Positions 49,927 through 60,011 of a DNA stretch of 64,000 nucleotides are shown here, piece after piece. This DNA comes from an uncultured Nitrospinaceae bacterium (lineage in GTDB: Bacteria; UBA8248). Below the pieces are notes generated by a model, which made no database searches, was not told the origin of the DNA, and saw nothing but the letters and a program-made list of their open reading frames with translations. The stretch lies in assembly GCA_964005815.1 (NCBI GenBank), contig CAXFSR010000017.1:64001-128000 (forward strand), written 5' to 3'. Position 1 is the first letter of the stretch; each line of letters starts with the position of its first letter. Both the position numbers and the translations under genes were made by a program.

Positions 49927-50463
49927 TCATTCGGTATTATCAGGCTCTTCTCTCTTAGCCCAAAATCTGTGGTATTCCTGACCGAAAGTTAAAGTATGCA
50001 AATCATTCATTCTATCAAAAAAGATCACTCCCTCTAGATGATCTGCTTCGTGTTGACAGATACGAGCAGCAAATCCTTCAAATTCCTCTTCATAATCTTT
50101 CCCTTCATAATCAAGACCCTTAAGTCTAATCTTTGAAAATCGAGATACTTTACCTTGTATATCAGGAATGCTTAAACATCCTTCCCAATCTTCATATACT
50201 TCATTTCCAATAGATTCTATTACCGGATTAACAACAACCCTGAGACTGTCCTCTTTTTCAGGTTCAGGTCTAAAGACAAAAACTTTCATTGAAACATGTA
50301 CTTGAGGAGCTGCTAATCCGACTCCTACATATTCAAACATCGTTTCAATCATATTCCGGACTAAAGTCTGAAATTCATTTCCTTGAATTTCATCTATACT
50401 CACTGGTTTTGCTTTTAACCTAAGAACAGGATTACCAAGTCTACAAACTTTCAAAATTGACAA
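49927..50463 (-). CDS. def: Peptide deformylase
   Basis: GVGLAAPQ, EGCLSIP, QHEADHLEG. Confidence 0.95.
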   Translation of the reverse strand: MSILKVCRLGNPVLRLKAKPVSIDEIQGNEFQTLVRNMIETMFEYVGVGLAAPQVHVSMKVFVFRPEPEKEDSLRVVVNPVIESIGNEVYEDWEGCLSIPDIQGKVSRFSKIRLKGLDYEGKDYEEEFEGFAARICQHEADHLEGVIFFDRMNDLHTLTFGQEYHRFWAKREEPDNTE

Positions 50464-50490
50464 AACTATACCCCCAAATTTAATTTTTCA

Positions 50491-51195
50491 TCACAAAGAC
50501 AAAAACCATTCTTTCAAGAATTGCGTAGACACTAAGGTTTCAAGAGAAATAGCATCAACTACTTTATCAGAAATTCCTGAAAGCTCTCTATGGGAAAAAC
50601 TTGTAGTAACAGCTATCGAACGCATTTTTGATTTTCTAGCAGCTTCAACACCATAAATTGAATCTTCAAAAACAAGACACTCCTCAGGATATATTTTATC
50701 CCCTGACCTTCTTTCATTTAATAGAGACAATGCAAGTAAAAAACTCTCCGGATCAGGTTTTCCTTTCTTTACCATTTCTGCACTAACGACTACTTCAAAA
50801 AATGATAGTGCGCCTACTTTCTCTAAAGGAGGCTTGATTTCAGATTCTAGTGCACCGCTAGCAATAGCCAAAGGAAAAGATTTAGATAAATCTTTTATAA
50901 AATCTAAAATTCCATCGAAAAAAATAATATCTTCTGCTTTTCTCTCAAAATGATTTTTTTTCTCATCCATTAACTTTATTATGTCTTTCTCGTCGAATTT
51001 AAGATTATGATTTTTAGAAAAATTAAGAAAGAAGTTTCTGTCATCATATGCAAGATAATCTTTCGTATACTCCTCCTCTTCAAATTGGTAGTTACACGTC
51101 TCCATTAAAACCTCTTGAAAAGCAGCAAAATGAAGAGGTTCGCTATCCGCAATCGTTCCATCAAAATCAAACAAAATAGCTTTTAGATTATTCAA
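50491..51195 (-). CDS. HAD-family phosphatase (beta-PGM-like)
   Basis: FDFDGTIADSE, IASG, GKPDPE, VFEDS..GVEAA. Confidence 0.88.
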   Translation of the reverse strand: MNNLKAILFDFDGTIADSEPLHFAAFQEVLMETCNYQFEEEEYTKDYLAYDDRNFFLNFSKNHNLKFDEKDIIKLMDEKKNHFERKAEDIIFFDGILDFIKDLSKSFPLAIASGALESEIKPPLEKVGALSFFEVVVSAEMVKKGKPDPESFLLALSLLNERRSGDKIYPEECLVFEDSIYGVEAARKSKMRSIAVTTSFSHRELSGISDKVVDAISLETLVSTQFLKEWFLSL

Positions 51196-51209
51196 GGCAT
51201 TTTCCTATT

Positions 51210-51971
51210 CTACAGCCAACCCCCACCATCTTCGTATACATTTACTCCAGTAACATAAGAAGATGCGTCAGACGCAAGAAATACGCAGAGTCCTGTTATA
51301 TCTTCGGGTTCTCCAACACGACCAATAACTGTTTTTTGTTTGAGAAACTCTAAATTTTTTTCATCAAATGCTGCCTCTCCCATCATCGGAGTTCTATGAG
51401 CACCAGGAGAAATACAATTCACCCTGATTCCTTTATTGCCCCATTCAACAGAAAGTGAACGCGATAACGAGACAACACCAGCTTTACTTGCATTATAAGC
51501 AGATCTAGCAAATCTGTGACCACGATCTCCCAAAAAGGTTCCTATATTAATAATACTTCCTCTATTCCTCAGAAGCATTCTTTCTCCAACCGCTTTCGTA
51601 ACTAAAAATGTACCAGTTAAATTTACGTCTAAAGTATAGCGCCATTCCTCTTCTGAAAGATCTGTCGCGTGTTGCGTATTAACAATTCCAGCAGCATTCA
51701 CTAAAATATCTATTGGTCCTAATTCGGTTTCGACCTTATCTACTGCACTTGATACCTGCTCAGATTTTGTCACATCTACAGGACACACAATCGACCGACG
51801 GCCAATTTTTTGAATTTCTTGTGCCGTTTCATTTAGAAGTGTTTCTCTTCGAGAAACAACTCCAACATCGGCACCAGATTCGGCAAGAGCAATTGCCATA
51901 GCCCTTCCTAATCCACTACCTGCTCCTGTAACAAAAGCAATCTTAGAAGACAAATCAAATTTATTTTTCAC
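51210..51971 (-). CDS. Short-chain dehydrogenase/reductase
   Basis: TGAGSGLG, LVNAAG, YNASK, VNCISPG. Confidence 0.9.
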   Translation of the reverse strand: MKNKFDLSSKIAFVTGAGSGLGRAMAIALAESGADVGVVSRRETLLNETAQEIQKIGRRSIVCPVDVTKSEQVSSAVDKVETELGPIDILVNAAGIVNTQHATDLSEEEWRYTLDVNLTGTFLVTKAVGERMLLRNRGSIINIGTFLGDRGHRFARSAYNASKAGVVSLSRSLSVEWGNKGIRVNCISPGAHRTPMMGEAAFDEKNLEFLKQKTVIGRVGEPEDITGLCVFLASDASSYVTGVNVYEDGGGWL

Positions 51972-52074
51972 AAAAAAGCTCCGAAAATCTGAAAAAAGAA
52001 GGCATAGTCTTATAATATTAACTATGTTAGATATGTTAATTTTAATAGAATTTTAAAAAAATTCGACCCTAAAA

Positions 52075-52728
52075 ATGGAATTAATAATGTTTTTGAGTAC
52101 GAAATGCCATATCTGTAAGTGTTCTTCTGTTCTCGAATTTCTTGAGGCGGATAATAGGAAATATTTCCTTTGTGAAAATTGTGAATTTATTTTTGTTCCT
52201 AAACAATTTTGGGTTTCTAAAACTGAAGAAAAACTAAGATATGAACAGCATAGAAATAATAGCAATGACAAGGGTTATATTGAATTCCTTTCGCAAATTA
52301 CAGAACCAATAAAAAAATTCATCCAAGAAGGGTCGCATGGAATAGATTATGGATGTGGGCCTAATTCTGTACTTTCTGATATGTTGATAAAAGCAAAAAT
52401 GCACATGACACAATACGATCCATTCTTTTATCCTAAATTTCCAAATCATAGATTTGATTTTTTATTATCTACAGAAACTTTTGAGCATTTTCAAAATCCC
52501 TTAAAGGAAATCAGAAATATTTCCTCTATTGTTCATTCTCAAGGGCTCATAGGAATAATGACATCATTTTGGCAAAAGGATATATTTATAAAAAATTGGC
52601 ACTACCGAAGAGACAAAACACATATCTGTTTTTACACACTTCGCACATTTGAATATATTGCTGATATTTTCCAATTCGAAATACTATATACCGATAAGAA
52701 TCGAATCGTAATTTTTAAAAAAAAATAA
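52075..52728 (+). CDS. Class I SAM-dependent methyltransferase with N-terminal Zn-binding motif
   Basis: CHIC...CENC, IDYGCGP, YDPFF, ETFEHF, WHYRRD.THICFY. Confidence 0.82.
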   Translation: MELIMFLSTKCHICKCSSVLEFLEADNRKYFLCENCEFIFVPKQFWVSKTEEKLRYEQHRNNSNDKGYIEFLSQITEPIKKFIQEGSHGIDYGCGPNSVLSDMLIKAKMHMTQYDPFFYPKFPNHRFDFLLSTETFEHFQNPLKEIRNISSIVHSQGLIGIMTSFWQKDIFIKNWHYRRDKTHICFYTLRTFEYIADIFQFEILYTDKNRIVIFKKK

Positions 52729-52882
52729 ATTATTTCTAAAAATTGACACTAGAAGCTTGAAAGACAAACTGAAACATATACACTACGCAGTTGTTTATGG
52801 TACGTGTTTAAATTTTTTCTTTTTTTAAATTTTTAACAACAATCAAACAAAATGTTTATAACATAAATGCTGGAGAAATGAT

Positions 52883-53887
52883 TTGGACAAAGGAATTGTT
52901 TGGATTACTACAACCTGGATTAATCAAATGAAAGATTATGACGCCTATCTTTCACCCTTAAGAGATTACGGATTCTCCATTAAAATAGACTCTAATGGAA
53001 GGGATCTAACTGAAGAAGAATTAATCGAAGGATTGCCTGGTGTTGTTGCCACTTTTCCTAGCGGAGACCCTTACAATGAAAGAACTTTCAAACATGCTAA
53101 AGACTTGCGACTTATAGCAAGAACAGGTGTTGGATATAATGCCATAGACGTAGAAGAAGCAACAAAGAACGGCATTTTAGTTACTACCGCAAGGGGACAA
53201 AATGCGAACTCCGTTGCAGAGCATACACTAACATTGATGCTTTCTGTTTCACGAGAATTAAATATCTTTGATAGAAAAGTAAGAGAAGGCGAATGGGGAA
53301 AGATCAGAAAACCTACTGGGTATTTAAGAGGAAACACCTTAGGTATCATAGGTCTTGGAGACATAGGAAAAAGAGTTGCCCAAAAAGCTAAAGCATTTGG
53401 CATGAATGTTATTGCATATGATCCAATTAGAGACGAACGATTTGTAGCGGAAAATGGCGTTTTCTACAAATCTTTTGATGAAGTAGTTGAAAATTCAGAC
53501 TTTCTTTCCTGTCATGTCCCTCTAAACGAAAGTACTACTAAACTGATTGACCTAAATATTTTCAAAAGTATGAAAAAAGGTTCTTTTCTTATCAATACTT
53601 CTAGAGGACCTGTTGTTGATTTAGATGCATTGGAAGAAGCTATTCAAAATAAAATGATAAGTGGTGCCGGTATAGATGTTTTTCCTGATGAACCTATTCA
53701 AGGGAATCGTGCAATAATGAATTTTGACAACATCATCCTTACCCCGCATATAGCAGGTCTAGGAGAAGATGCCTGTATTGATTCTTTGATTTTTGCTGTT
53801 GAGCAAACTTTAGATTTCTTCTCCGGACGCTGTCCAAAAGGAACCCTAAACAAAGAGGTTTTAGAAAACAACAAAAATGTTCATTGA
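52883..53887 (+). CDS. D-2-hydroxyacid dehydrogenase (phosphoglycerate dehydrogenase-like)
   Basis: RTGVGYNAID, NANSVAEH, GIIGLGDIG, INTSRG, DVF..EP, TPHIAG; no ACT domain. Confidence 0.88.
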   Translation: MDKGIVWITTTWINQMKDYDAYLSPLRDYGFSIKIDSNGRDLTEEELIEGLPGVVATFPSGDPYNERTFKHAKDLRLIARTGVGYNAIDVEEATKNGILVTTARGQNANSVAEHTLTLMLSVSRELNIFDRKVREGEWGKIRKPTGYLRGNTLGIIGLGDIGKRVAQKAKAFGMNVIAYDPIRDERFVAENGVFYKSFDEVVENSDFLSCHVPLNESTTKLIDLNIFKSMKKGSFLINTSRGPVVDLDALEEAIQNKMISGAGIDVFPDEPIQGNRAIMNFDNIILTPHIAGLGEDACIDSLIFAVEQTLDFFSGRCPKGTLNKEVLENNKNVH

Positions 53888-55277
53888 TAAAGTTTCCTAT
53901 TCAATTTCTTCTTTAGTTGCGTATAAGAAAAAATCAACGTCTCTATGGTTCTTCTCTTTGTTCTTTTTTTTCAGTTTCAGTTTCTCTTCAACTCTATATT
54001 CTAAGAATCTCGAAAATCAAATTCCCTGGAATGTTTTTGAATATAAACTTGAGAATGGCCTCAAAATTTTACTTCTGGCCGACAATAGAGCCCCCATGAT
54101 TGTCTCAAAATTATGGTATGGAGTGGGCAGTAGAGACGAATCTTCTGGAGAAACTGGGATCGCACATTTCCTTGAACACATGATGTTCAAGGGAACCAAA
54201 AATTTCGGCCCTAAAGTTTTTAGTAATCTAATCAAAAAAAATGGAGGAAGCCATAATGCTTTCACTAGTTTTGACTATACAGGTTACTACGAAAAACTTC
54301 CTTCTAACAAAATTGAATTAGCCATTAAGTTAGAGGCAGACCGTATGAAGAATCTGACATTAGACCCTAAAGAATTTGAACTTGAACGAAAGGTCGTGCT
54401 TGAAGAAAGACGTTCTAGAGTTGACGACAACCCCGTAAATTATTTATTTGAAAAACTCAGACAAAAAGCTTTCAAATCTCATACTTATGCCAATCCAATA
54501 ATAGGATGGGAAAAAGATATAAGAAAAATCTCACTAAAGAATATGGGAACTTTTTACAAAAAGTTTTATGTCCCAGAAAATGCAACACTTATTATAGTTG
54601 GAGATATAAAAATTTCAGAAACTATTCAGTTAATCAAAAAATATTTTGGTCAGATTAAGTCCAAAGGGAATTTTAAAAGAGAAATAATAATTGAACCTCG
54701 TCAAGAAAAAGAAAGATCCATTTTAATAAGAAGAACTGCCGCTCTTCCATATTTCGCAATGGCATATCATACTCCAAATTGGAAACATCCAGACTCTGCC
54801 GCATTAACTCTTCTTGAATATATTTTAGGTGGTGGAGAATCTAGTCGTATATATCAAAGATTAGTAAGAAAAGACGGCCTCGCTCTTAGTGCTGGAGCAG
54901 AATATCGTTATCTTTCTTTCGATCCTGATTTGTTCTATTTCTACGCCCAACCTGCTTCTGGGATCTCAGTAGCAAAAATTAAAAAAGTTTTTTATGAAGA
55001 ATTAAAAAAGATATCTTCCTTTAATGTCACTCAAGAAGAATTAGAAAGAGCAATAAAAGGCATTGAAGCTAACTCTATATTTTCTATGGATAGTCATTAT
55101 TACAGAGCTATGATGCTTGGACGTTCTGCAATTTGTGGAGACTGGAAAATTATTAAGAATTATTTAAAAAAAATCAGAAAAGTAACCCCAGAAGATATAA
55201 TTAAAGTAGCAAAAAAATATCTTCGTCCTAACAATAGGACTATAGCGGAATTAATACCCCAAAAGGCAGAAAAGTAA
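53877..55277 (+). CDS. M16 (pitrilysin-family) zinc peptidase, catalytic subunit
   Basis: TGIAHFLEHMMFKGT (HxxEH), NAFTS.D.T.Y, VLEERR; N-terminal hydrophobic segment. Confidence 0.92.
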   Translation: MFIDKVSYSISSLVAYKKKSTSLWFFSLFFFFSFSFSSTLYSKNLENQIPWNVFEYKLENGLKILLLADNRAPMIVSKLWYGVGSRDESSGETGIAHFLEHMMFKGTKNFGPKVFSNLIKKNGGSHNAFTSFDYTGYYEKLPSNKIELAIKLEADRMKNLTLDPKEFELERKVVLEERRSRVDDNPVNYLFEKLRQKAFKSHTYANPIIGWEKDIRKISLKNMGTFYKKFYVPENATLIIVGDIKISETIQLIKKYFGQIKSKGNFKREIIIEPRQEKERSILIRRTAALPYFAMAYHTPNWKHPDSAALTLLEYILGGGESSRIYQRLVRKDGLALSAGAEYRYLSFDPDLFYFYAQPASGISVAKIKKVFYEELKKISSFNVTQEELERAIKGIEANSIFSMDSHYYRAMMLGRSAICGDWKIIKNYLKKIRKVTPEDIIKVAKKYLRPNNRTIAELIPQKAEK

Positions 55278-55278
55278 A

Positions 55279-56616
55279 ATGCGACTTTTCAGAATAATTA
55301 TTAGCTTAGTTTTGTTTTCTTTTTCTTTTTCTTTTTTTGAAATTTCTGCCTATGCACAATCTCTTGATTTTGAAAAAACATTAACTGAAAATAAAAATAT
55401 CTTACTTACAAAGTCATCTTCACAGCTCCCGCTTGTAACGATAAGAATTTCAATACATGCAGGCTCGAAATACGAAAAAAAGGAATTTGCGGGTCTAGCT
55501 AACTTAACTGCATTAACACTGGGAAGAGGAACGAAAACAAGAGACGCACTTTCTATTGAAAAATTGAATGATGAATTAGGAGGGGGAGTTTCATTTGAAA
55601 CTGGGCATAATTTCGTTACAGTTTCTACAAAACTTTTAAAAAGAGATTTAGAAAAAGGTTTTGAACTTCTGTCAGACATTCTAAATAATCCAACTTTTCC
55701 TGAGAATGAAATTAGAAAAACAAAAATGAGACTATATGGAAAAGAAAAAAAAGGACAATTTTCACCGAACTATATAGCAAGAAAATCTTTTTTGTCCTCC
55801 CTTTATGGAGATCATCCTTATGGAAGATTAATTGAAGGAAGTAGCAAAACAATTAAGAAAATCGAAAAAAAAGATATTGTTGACTTTTACAATAAACACT
55901 ACAAAAGAAATGACACTATTTTTGTCTTTGTAGGAGATATAAAAAAAGAGAAAGCTAAAAGATTAGTTCAAACATTTTTTAGTAAATGGAATTCAAACCG
56001 ATTGCATATACCTTCTAAAACACTACCTCTATTAAAAAATAAAACAGAGAAAAAATATATCAAAAAGCCTTTTTCTCAAACTACTGTGATAATGGGAAAC
56101 CGTTCTATCAAACGCACTGACCCTAATTTTCATACGGCACGAATCATGAATTACATTTTAGGTGGAGGAGGTTTTGAAAGTAGAATACTGAAAAATCTAC
56201 GTGAAAGAAGAGGACTGGTTTATTCTGCCTATAGTTACTTTGCATCTGGTATCGAGAATGGATATTGGATTTTAGCCTTACAAACTAAAAATGAAAATGC
56301 AAAACTTGCAGTTTCCGAAGCACTCTCCGAGATAAAAAGATTAAAAAGATTTGGTGTCACAATTGAAGAATTGAATGACGCAAAATCATATTTAACAGGA
56401 AGTTTTGCAACAAAATTTGATTCTTCAGGAAGAATAGCGGACTATATTTTAGCAATAGAACGATTAGGGTTTTCGAAAAACTACCCTGAAGTTTATTTAA
56501 ATAAAATAAAATCCGTCACTTTGCAACAGATAAAAGATGCTTCAAAAAAATATATCAAGAAAAATCACTTCGTTATCACAGAAGTCGGCAACAGTCGAAA
56601 CAAGGAACAGAAATGA
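55279..56616 (+). CDS. M16 peptidase, non-catalytic partner subunit
   Basis: HxxEH replaced by ANLTA; LGGGGFESR, RERRGLVYS (R/Y pair); signal peptide. Confidence 0.88.
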   Translation: MRLFRIIISLVLFSFSFSFFEISAYAQSLDFEKTLTENKNILLTKSSSQLPLVTIRISIHAGSKYEKKEFAGLANLTALTLGRGTKTRDALSIEKLNDELGGGVSFETGHNFVTVSTKLLKRDLEKGFELLSDILNNPTFPENEIRKTKMRLYGKEKKGQFSPNYIARKSFLSSLYGDHPYGRLIEGSSKTIKKIEKKDIVDFYNKHYKRNDTIFVFVGDIKKEKAKRLVQTFFSKWNSNRLHIPSKTLPLLKNKTEKKYIKKPFSQTTVIMGNRSIKRTDPNFHTARIMNYILGGGGFESRILKNLRERRGLVYSAYSYFASGIENGYWILALQTKNENAKLAVSEALSEIKRLKRFGVTIEELNDAKSYLTGSFATKFDSSGRIADYILAIERLGFSKNYPEVYLNKIKSVTLQQIKDASKKYIKKNHFVITEVGNSRNKEQK

Positions 56617-57014
56617 AAAAAAGATGGTTGGTTGCCATTGCATATTTAATACTAATCCACTCACTTTCTTCATTCAGTTTGGGTAATTCAGAAATCAAAA
56701 TATTCTACGGTTTCGATAAAATAATCCATATTCTTGAATACTTTGTATTAACAATACTTTTCTGGAAACCTATATGTAATATTTTTAGCCAGACTGCAAT
56801 TAATACTATCTCTTTTGGAATCTTTCTATTCAGTATACTTAATGGTTTCTTAGATGAATATCATCAAGGATTTGTTTATGGAAGAGACTCTACCTATGGT
56901 GATTTTTTAGCAGATGTTATAGGATCTGCTTTCGGTGTTTTGTACCTGCGATTTAGAAATAAAAACACCGCTTACTCTGAAACTAAATTTGGGGAAATTC
57001 TTGAGTCAAACTAG
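56613..57014 (+). CDS. VanZ family membrane protein
   Basis: DKIIH..EY..L, DEYHQ.FV.GR....D..AD..G. Confidence 0.85.
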   Translation: MKKRWLVAIAYLILIHSLSSFSLGNSEIKIFYGFDKIIHILEYFVLTILFWKPICNIFSQTAINTISFGIFLFSILNGFLDEYHQGFVYGRDSTYGDFLADVIGSAFGVLYLRFRNKNTAYSETKFGEILESN

Positions 57015-57450
57015 ACAAAAACTAGAAGATGATATGAAAGACGCAATGCGGTCAAAAGACCAGTTGAAATTATCTACTATACGTATGATACGTTCAGAGA
57101 TTCTCAATAAGGACAAAGAAAGTGGGGAAGATATAAATGAAGATTCAGTTATTAAAATTTTAGAAAGCATGTTAAAGAAACGCGAAGAGGCAGAGAGTCA
57201 ATATAGAGAAGCTGAAAGAATAGATCTTGCTGACAAAGAAAAGGAAGAATCAAATTTTATAAAAAATTACCTCCCCGAACAAATGACTGATGAAGAGATT
57301 CAAAGTGTAGTCGAACGTGTTGTATCAGAACAAAATGCATCCTCTATGAAAGATATTGGAAAAGTAATGCCTATTCTAACTAAGGAATTGGCTGGAAGAG
57401 CAAATGGTTCAAGAATTAGCAACATTGTAAAACAATTATTAAATAGTTAG
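57001..57450 (+). CDS. yqeY: GatB/YqeY domain protein
   Basis: DMKDAMRSKD, KKREEA..QY, YLPEQM, MKDIGKVM, GRANG; start moved to TTG 57001 behind GGGG. Confidence 0.9.
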   Translation: MSQTRQKLEDDMKDAMRSKDQLKLSTIRMIRSEILNKDKESGEDINEDSVIKILESMLKKREEAESQYREAERIDLADKEKEESNFIKNYLPEQMTDEEIQSVVERVVSEQNASSMKDIGKVMPILTKELAGRANGSRISNIVKQLLNS

Positions 57451-57464
57451 AGAGGGTTTCCTAA

Positions 57465-57827
57465 ATGGATAGTTCAAGGTTCAAGATTCAGAATACGATG
57501 GAAGCATTTGGCTGTGAGGAAGAAGAAGAAGAACTGTTAGCAGCCTTAACTGATTTTGGATATGATATTTTTGAAGCGGAACAACCACCTGGGGTAATTG
57601 TTCCTTATCATGCACATAAAAGGGAAGAATCGATCATTATTTTAGAAGGTAAAATGCAATTCAACGTAGAAGAGGAACTTTCAATTATAGAATCAGGACA
57701 AGTCATCATAATCAACGCAAATGCAATCCACAGTGCTGCCACAATTGAAGATCAGCCTGCTAAAATTTTAATTGCGTTTAAAAATGAAATCCCCAAAGAA
57801 GAACTTCACGAAGAATCCGAAAATTAA
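57465..57827 (+). CDS. Cupin domain protein
   Basis: PYHAH..EE...ILEG and NAIHSA metal motifs. Confidence 0.8.
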   Translation: MDSSRFKIQNTMEAFGCEEEEEELLAALTDFGYDIFEAEQPPGVIVPYHAHKREESIIILEGKMQFNVEEELSIIESGQVIIINANAIHSAATIEDQPAKILIAFKNEIPKEELHEESEN

Positions 57828-57848
57828 CTTTACAATTAATGATACGTT

Positions 57849-58343
57849 CTAATTAGAAAAATATCCTCGATTTTCCTTAATGAAAGATATTAACCCACCT
57901 GCTTTTATCATCTTCATTATTGATTCTGGATAAGGAGGAAAATTAAGTACTTCATCCCTAAATTTTACTTGACCATCCTCGAAGTTCACCTCAATCGAAT
58001 CTTCATCAAGAATTTTTTCAGTATCGCATATTACTAGTGGGAGTCCAGAATTTAAAGCATTCCGATAAAACATATGACCAAAACTTTTTGCCAAAACACA
58101 TGAAATCCCTAATTCTCTCAATACTATAGCAGAATCTTGCCTACTACTTACTAAACCAAAATTTTTTCCTGCAACTAAGAAATCTCCATCTTGAACCAAA
58201 GTTGAAAATTCTGAATCTAGATCTCTAAATGCAGAATCTTTCAAATCTTCTAAGGAAGTTCCTATAGGTCTATATTTTGATGAGAGGTGTACATCTGTAC
58301 TTATATTATCACCAAAACGAAAAATACGAGGATTTCTTTTCAA
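57849..58343 (-). CDS. LeuD/HacB/DmdB-type dehydratase small subunit
   Basis: FGDNISTD, GKNFG..SSR, AKSF..MFYRNA.N.GLP, AGGLI. Confidence 0.85.
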   Translation of the reverse strand: MKRNPRIFRFGDNISTDVHLSSKYRPIGTSLEDLKDSAFRDLDSEFSTLVQDGDFLVAGKNFGLVSSRQDSAIVLRELGISCVLAKSFGHMFYRNALNSGLPLVICDTEKILDEDSIEVNFEDGQVKFRDEVLNFPPYPESIMKMIKAGGLISFIKENRGYFSN

Positions 58344-58355
58344 TCGTTTGCCTCT

Positions 58356-59612
58356 TTAATTTAAAAATTCTCTAGGATCTGTAATCTCTCCTACTACAGC
58401 ACTCGCAGCTACTGTAGCTGGAGAAGATAAATAAATTTCTGACTTTTTACTTCCAAGTCGTCCTGGAAAGTTTCTATTCGCGGAAGAAATTGCCCTTTCG
58501 TTATCGCCTAGAAGTCCATTTCCATTCATAGATGCACATGGACCACATGCAGATGCTAAAATTGTTGCTCCAGCATCCGAAAGTATTTTGAGTACACCTT
58601 TTTCCATTGCTGTCTCTAAAATCTTCCTACTTGAAGGAGCGACATAAAACCGAACATGAGAATTTATTTTTCTCCCTTTAAGAATTTTCGCTGCTATTAC
58701 CAAATCTTCCAGACGGCCATTTGTGCAAGTTCCAATAAAGGCTTGATCTATTCTTTTCTTCTCACTTTCACTAACTTTGGATATATTATGCACTGCAGGA
58801 GGTGCGGATAGAAGTGGGGAAAGACTAGAAACGTCAATGGTAATTTCCTTTGCAAATTTAGCATCAGGATCTGATTTTATGGATTTAAAATTTAAATCCC
58901 ATGACTTCAACCAGTCAATTGTTTTCTCGTCTGATTCCATAACACCCGTTTTTGCTCCCATATCTACAGACATGTTCGAAATAGTAAAACGTGCATCCAT
59001 AGACAATGAAGAAACTGAATCACCTGTATATTCCAGACATTGATAATTTGCCCCGTTCTCTCCTAATTGATTTGCAAGGTTTAAGACCAGATCTTTAGAA
59101 AAAACACCAGGCGGCATTTTTCCTGTGAACTTCACACGAATAGTTTCAGGAACACGAAACCAAAGTTTTCCAGTATTATACACAGATGCAATTTCAATAC
59201 TTTCAACAGCAACAGCAATACAATTTAAAGCACCATAAGTACAAACATGACTGTCTCCACCAATCGCCAAACCACCAGGCAATATTTTTCCCTCTTCGGT
59301 AACAATTGTATGACAAACTCCAGAACCAGCATCAAAAAGATTAATGCCTTTCTCAATAGAGAAATCTCTTAATTTTTTATGATCATTAGCCCAATGGGTG
59401 GACTGCACAGGGACAAAGTGATCAATAATAAGATCTGTTTTATGGGGTTCTAAATTAAATTCAAGATTATGTTCTCGCATGATATCAATAGATTTTGGAC
59501 CTTTTGCATCACCAGCCATTACATAATCAATATCAGAAACAACAAAATCTCCGGATTTTACGTCTTGTCCCGAATGATTTGAAAGAATCTTTTCAACAAT
59601 AGTCTTTCCCAA
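58356..59612 (-). CDS. LeuC/HacA/DmdA-type [4Fe-4S] dehydratase large subunit
   Basis: TIVEKIL, IDH, GVCH, DSH.CTYGA, GTCTNGR, CGPC, NRNF.GR.G, SPATVAASA. Confidence 0.9.
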   Translation of the reverse strand: MGKTIVEKILSNHSGQDVKSGDFVVSDIDYVMAGDAKGPKSIDIMREHNLEFNLEPHKTDLIIDHFVPVQSTHWANDHKKLRDFSIEKGINLFDAGSGVCHTIVTEEGKILPGGLAIGGDSHVCTYGALNCIAVAVESIEIASVYNTGKLWFRVPETIRVKFTGKMPPGVFSKDLVLNLANQLGENGANYQCLEYTGDSVSSLSMDARFTISNMSVDMGAKTGVMESDEKTIDWLKSWDLNFKSIKSDPDAKFAKEITIDVSSLSPLLSAPPAVHNISKVSESEKKRIDQAFIGTCTNGRLEDLVIAAKILKGRKINSHVRFYVAPSSRKILETAMEKGVLKILSDAGATILASACGPCASMNGNGLLGDNERAISSANRNFPGRLGSKKSEIYLSSPATVAASAVVGEITDPREFLN

Positions 59613-59649
59613 AGAGAATATCTCCTTTAAAAGAACCTTATTATTTCAA

Positions 59650-59988
59650 TTATTCTATTTCAGAATTTTTCTTTTCCGGATCAATTTCGTCCAGATAATC
59701 GAATGAATAGATTCCACTTGCACATCCCCCGGACCATGAGAAATTTATAGCATACCTTCCTACCATGTCTGCACTTTGTAATTCTACAGGGCCAGATGGA
59801 CCAGAGAGAACGTTAAGAGGATTTTTTTCACTCTCATATCGTTTTTCCTTACAATTTGCACAAGGACACATTAAAGCAAGATAATCAAAGCTATAAATAC
59901 TCCTAACTCCATTATTCCAAACAATTCGGAGTTCACCATCTTTTTTGTCGACTGTTAAATCTATTGGCTTTCGCATTTCAGTATTCAA
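59650..59988 (-). CDS. DUF971 / gamma-butyrobetaine hydroxylase N-terminal-like protein
   Basis: LRIVWNNG, L..MCPCANC, VGRYAI...WS.G..SGIYSFDYL. Confidence 0.85.
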   Translation of the reverse strand: MNTEMRKPIDLTVDKKDGELRIVWNNGVRSIYSFDYLALMCPCANCKEKRYESEKNPLNVLSGPSGPVELQSADMVGRYAINFSWSGGCASGIYSFDYLDEIDPEKKNSEIE

Positions 59989-60011
59989 ACTAGCTTTTCC
60001 TGAATTTTGAT

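Noticed and set aside
46325..52000. Possible genomic island integrated at tRNA-Leu
   Set aside because: No integrase, no duplicated tRNA 3' end noticed, and the region includes housekeeping def
55279..56616. M16 peptidase lacking HxxEH as a pseudogene
   Set aside because: Active/inactive tandem pairs are the normal M16B heterodimer arrangement
57516..57533. (GAA)n run encoding EEEEEE in the cupin
   Set aside because: Short in-frame low-complexity tract with no evidence of phase variation
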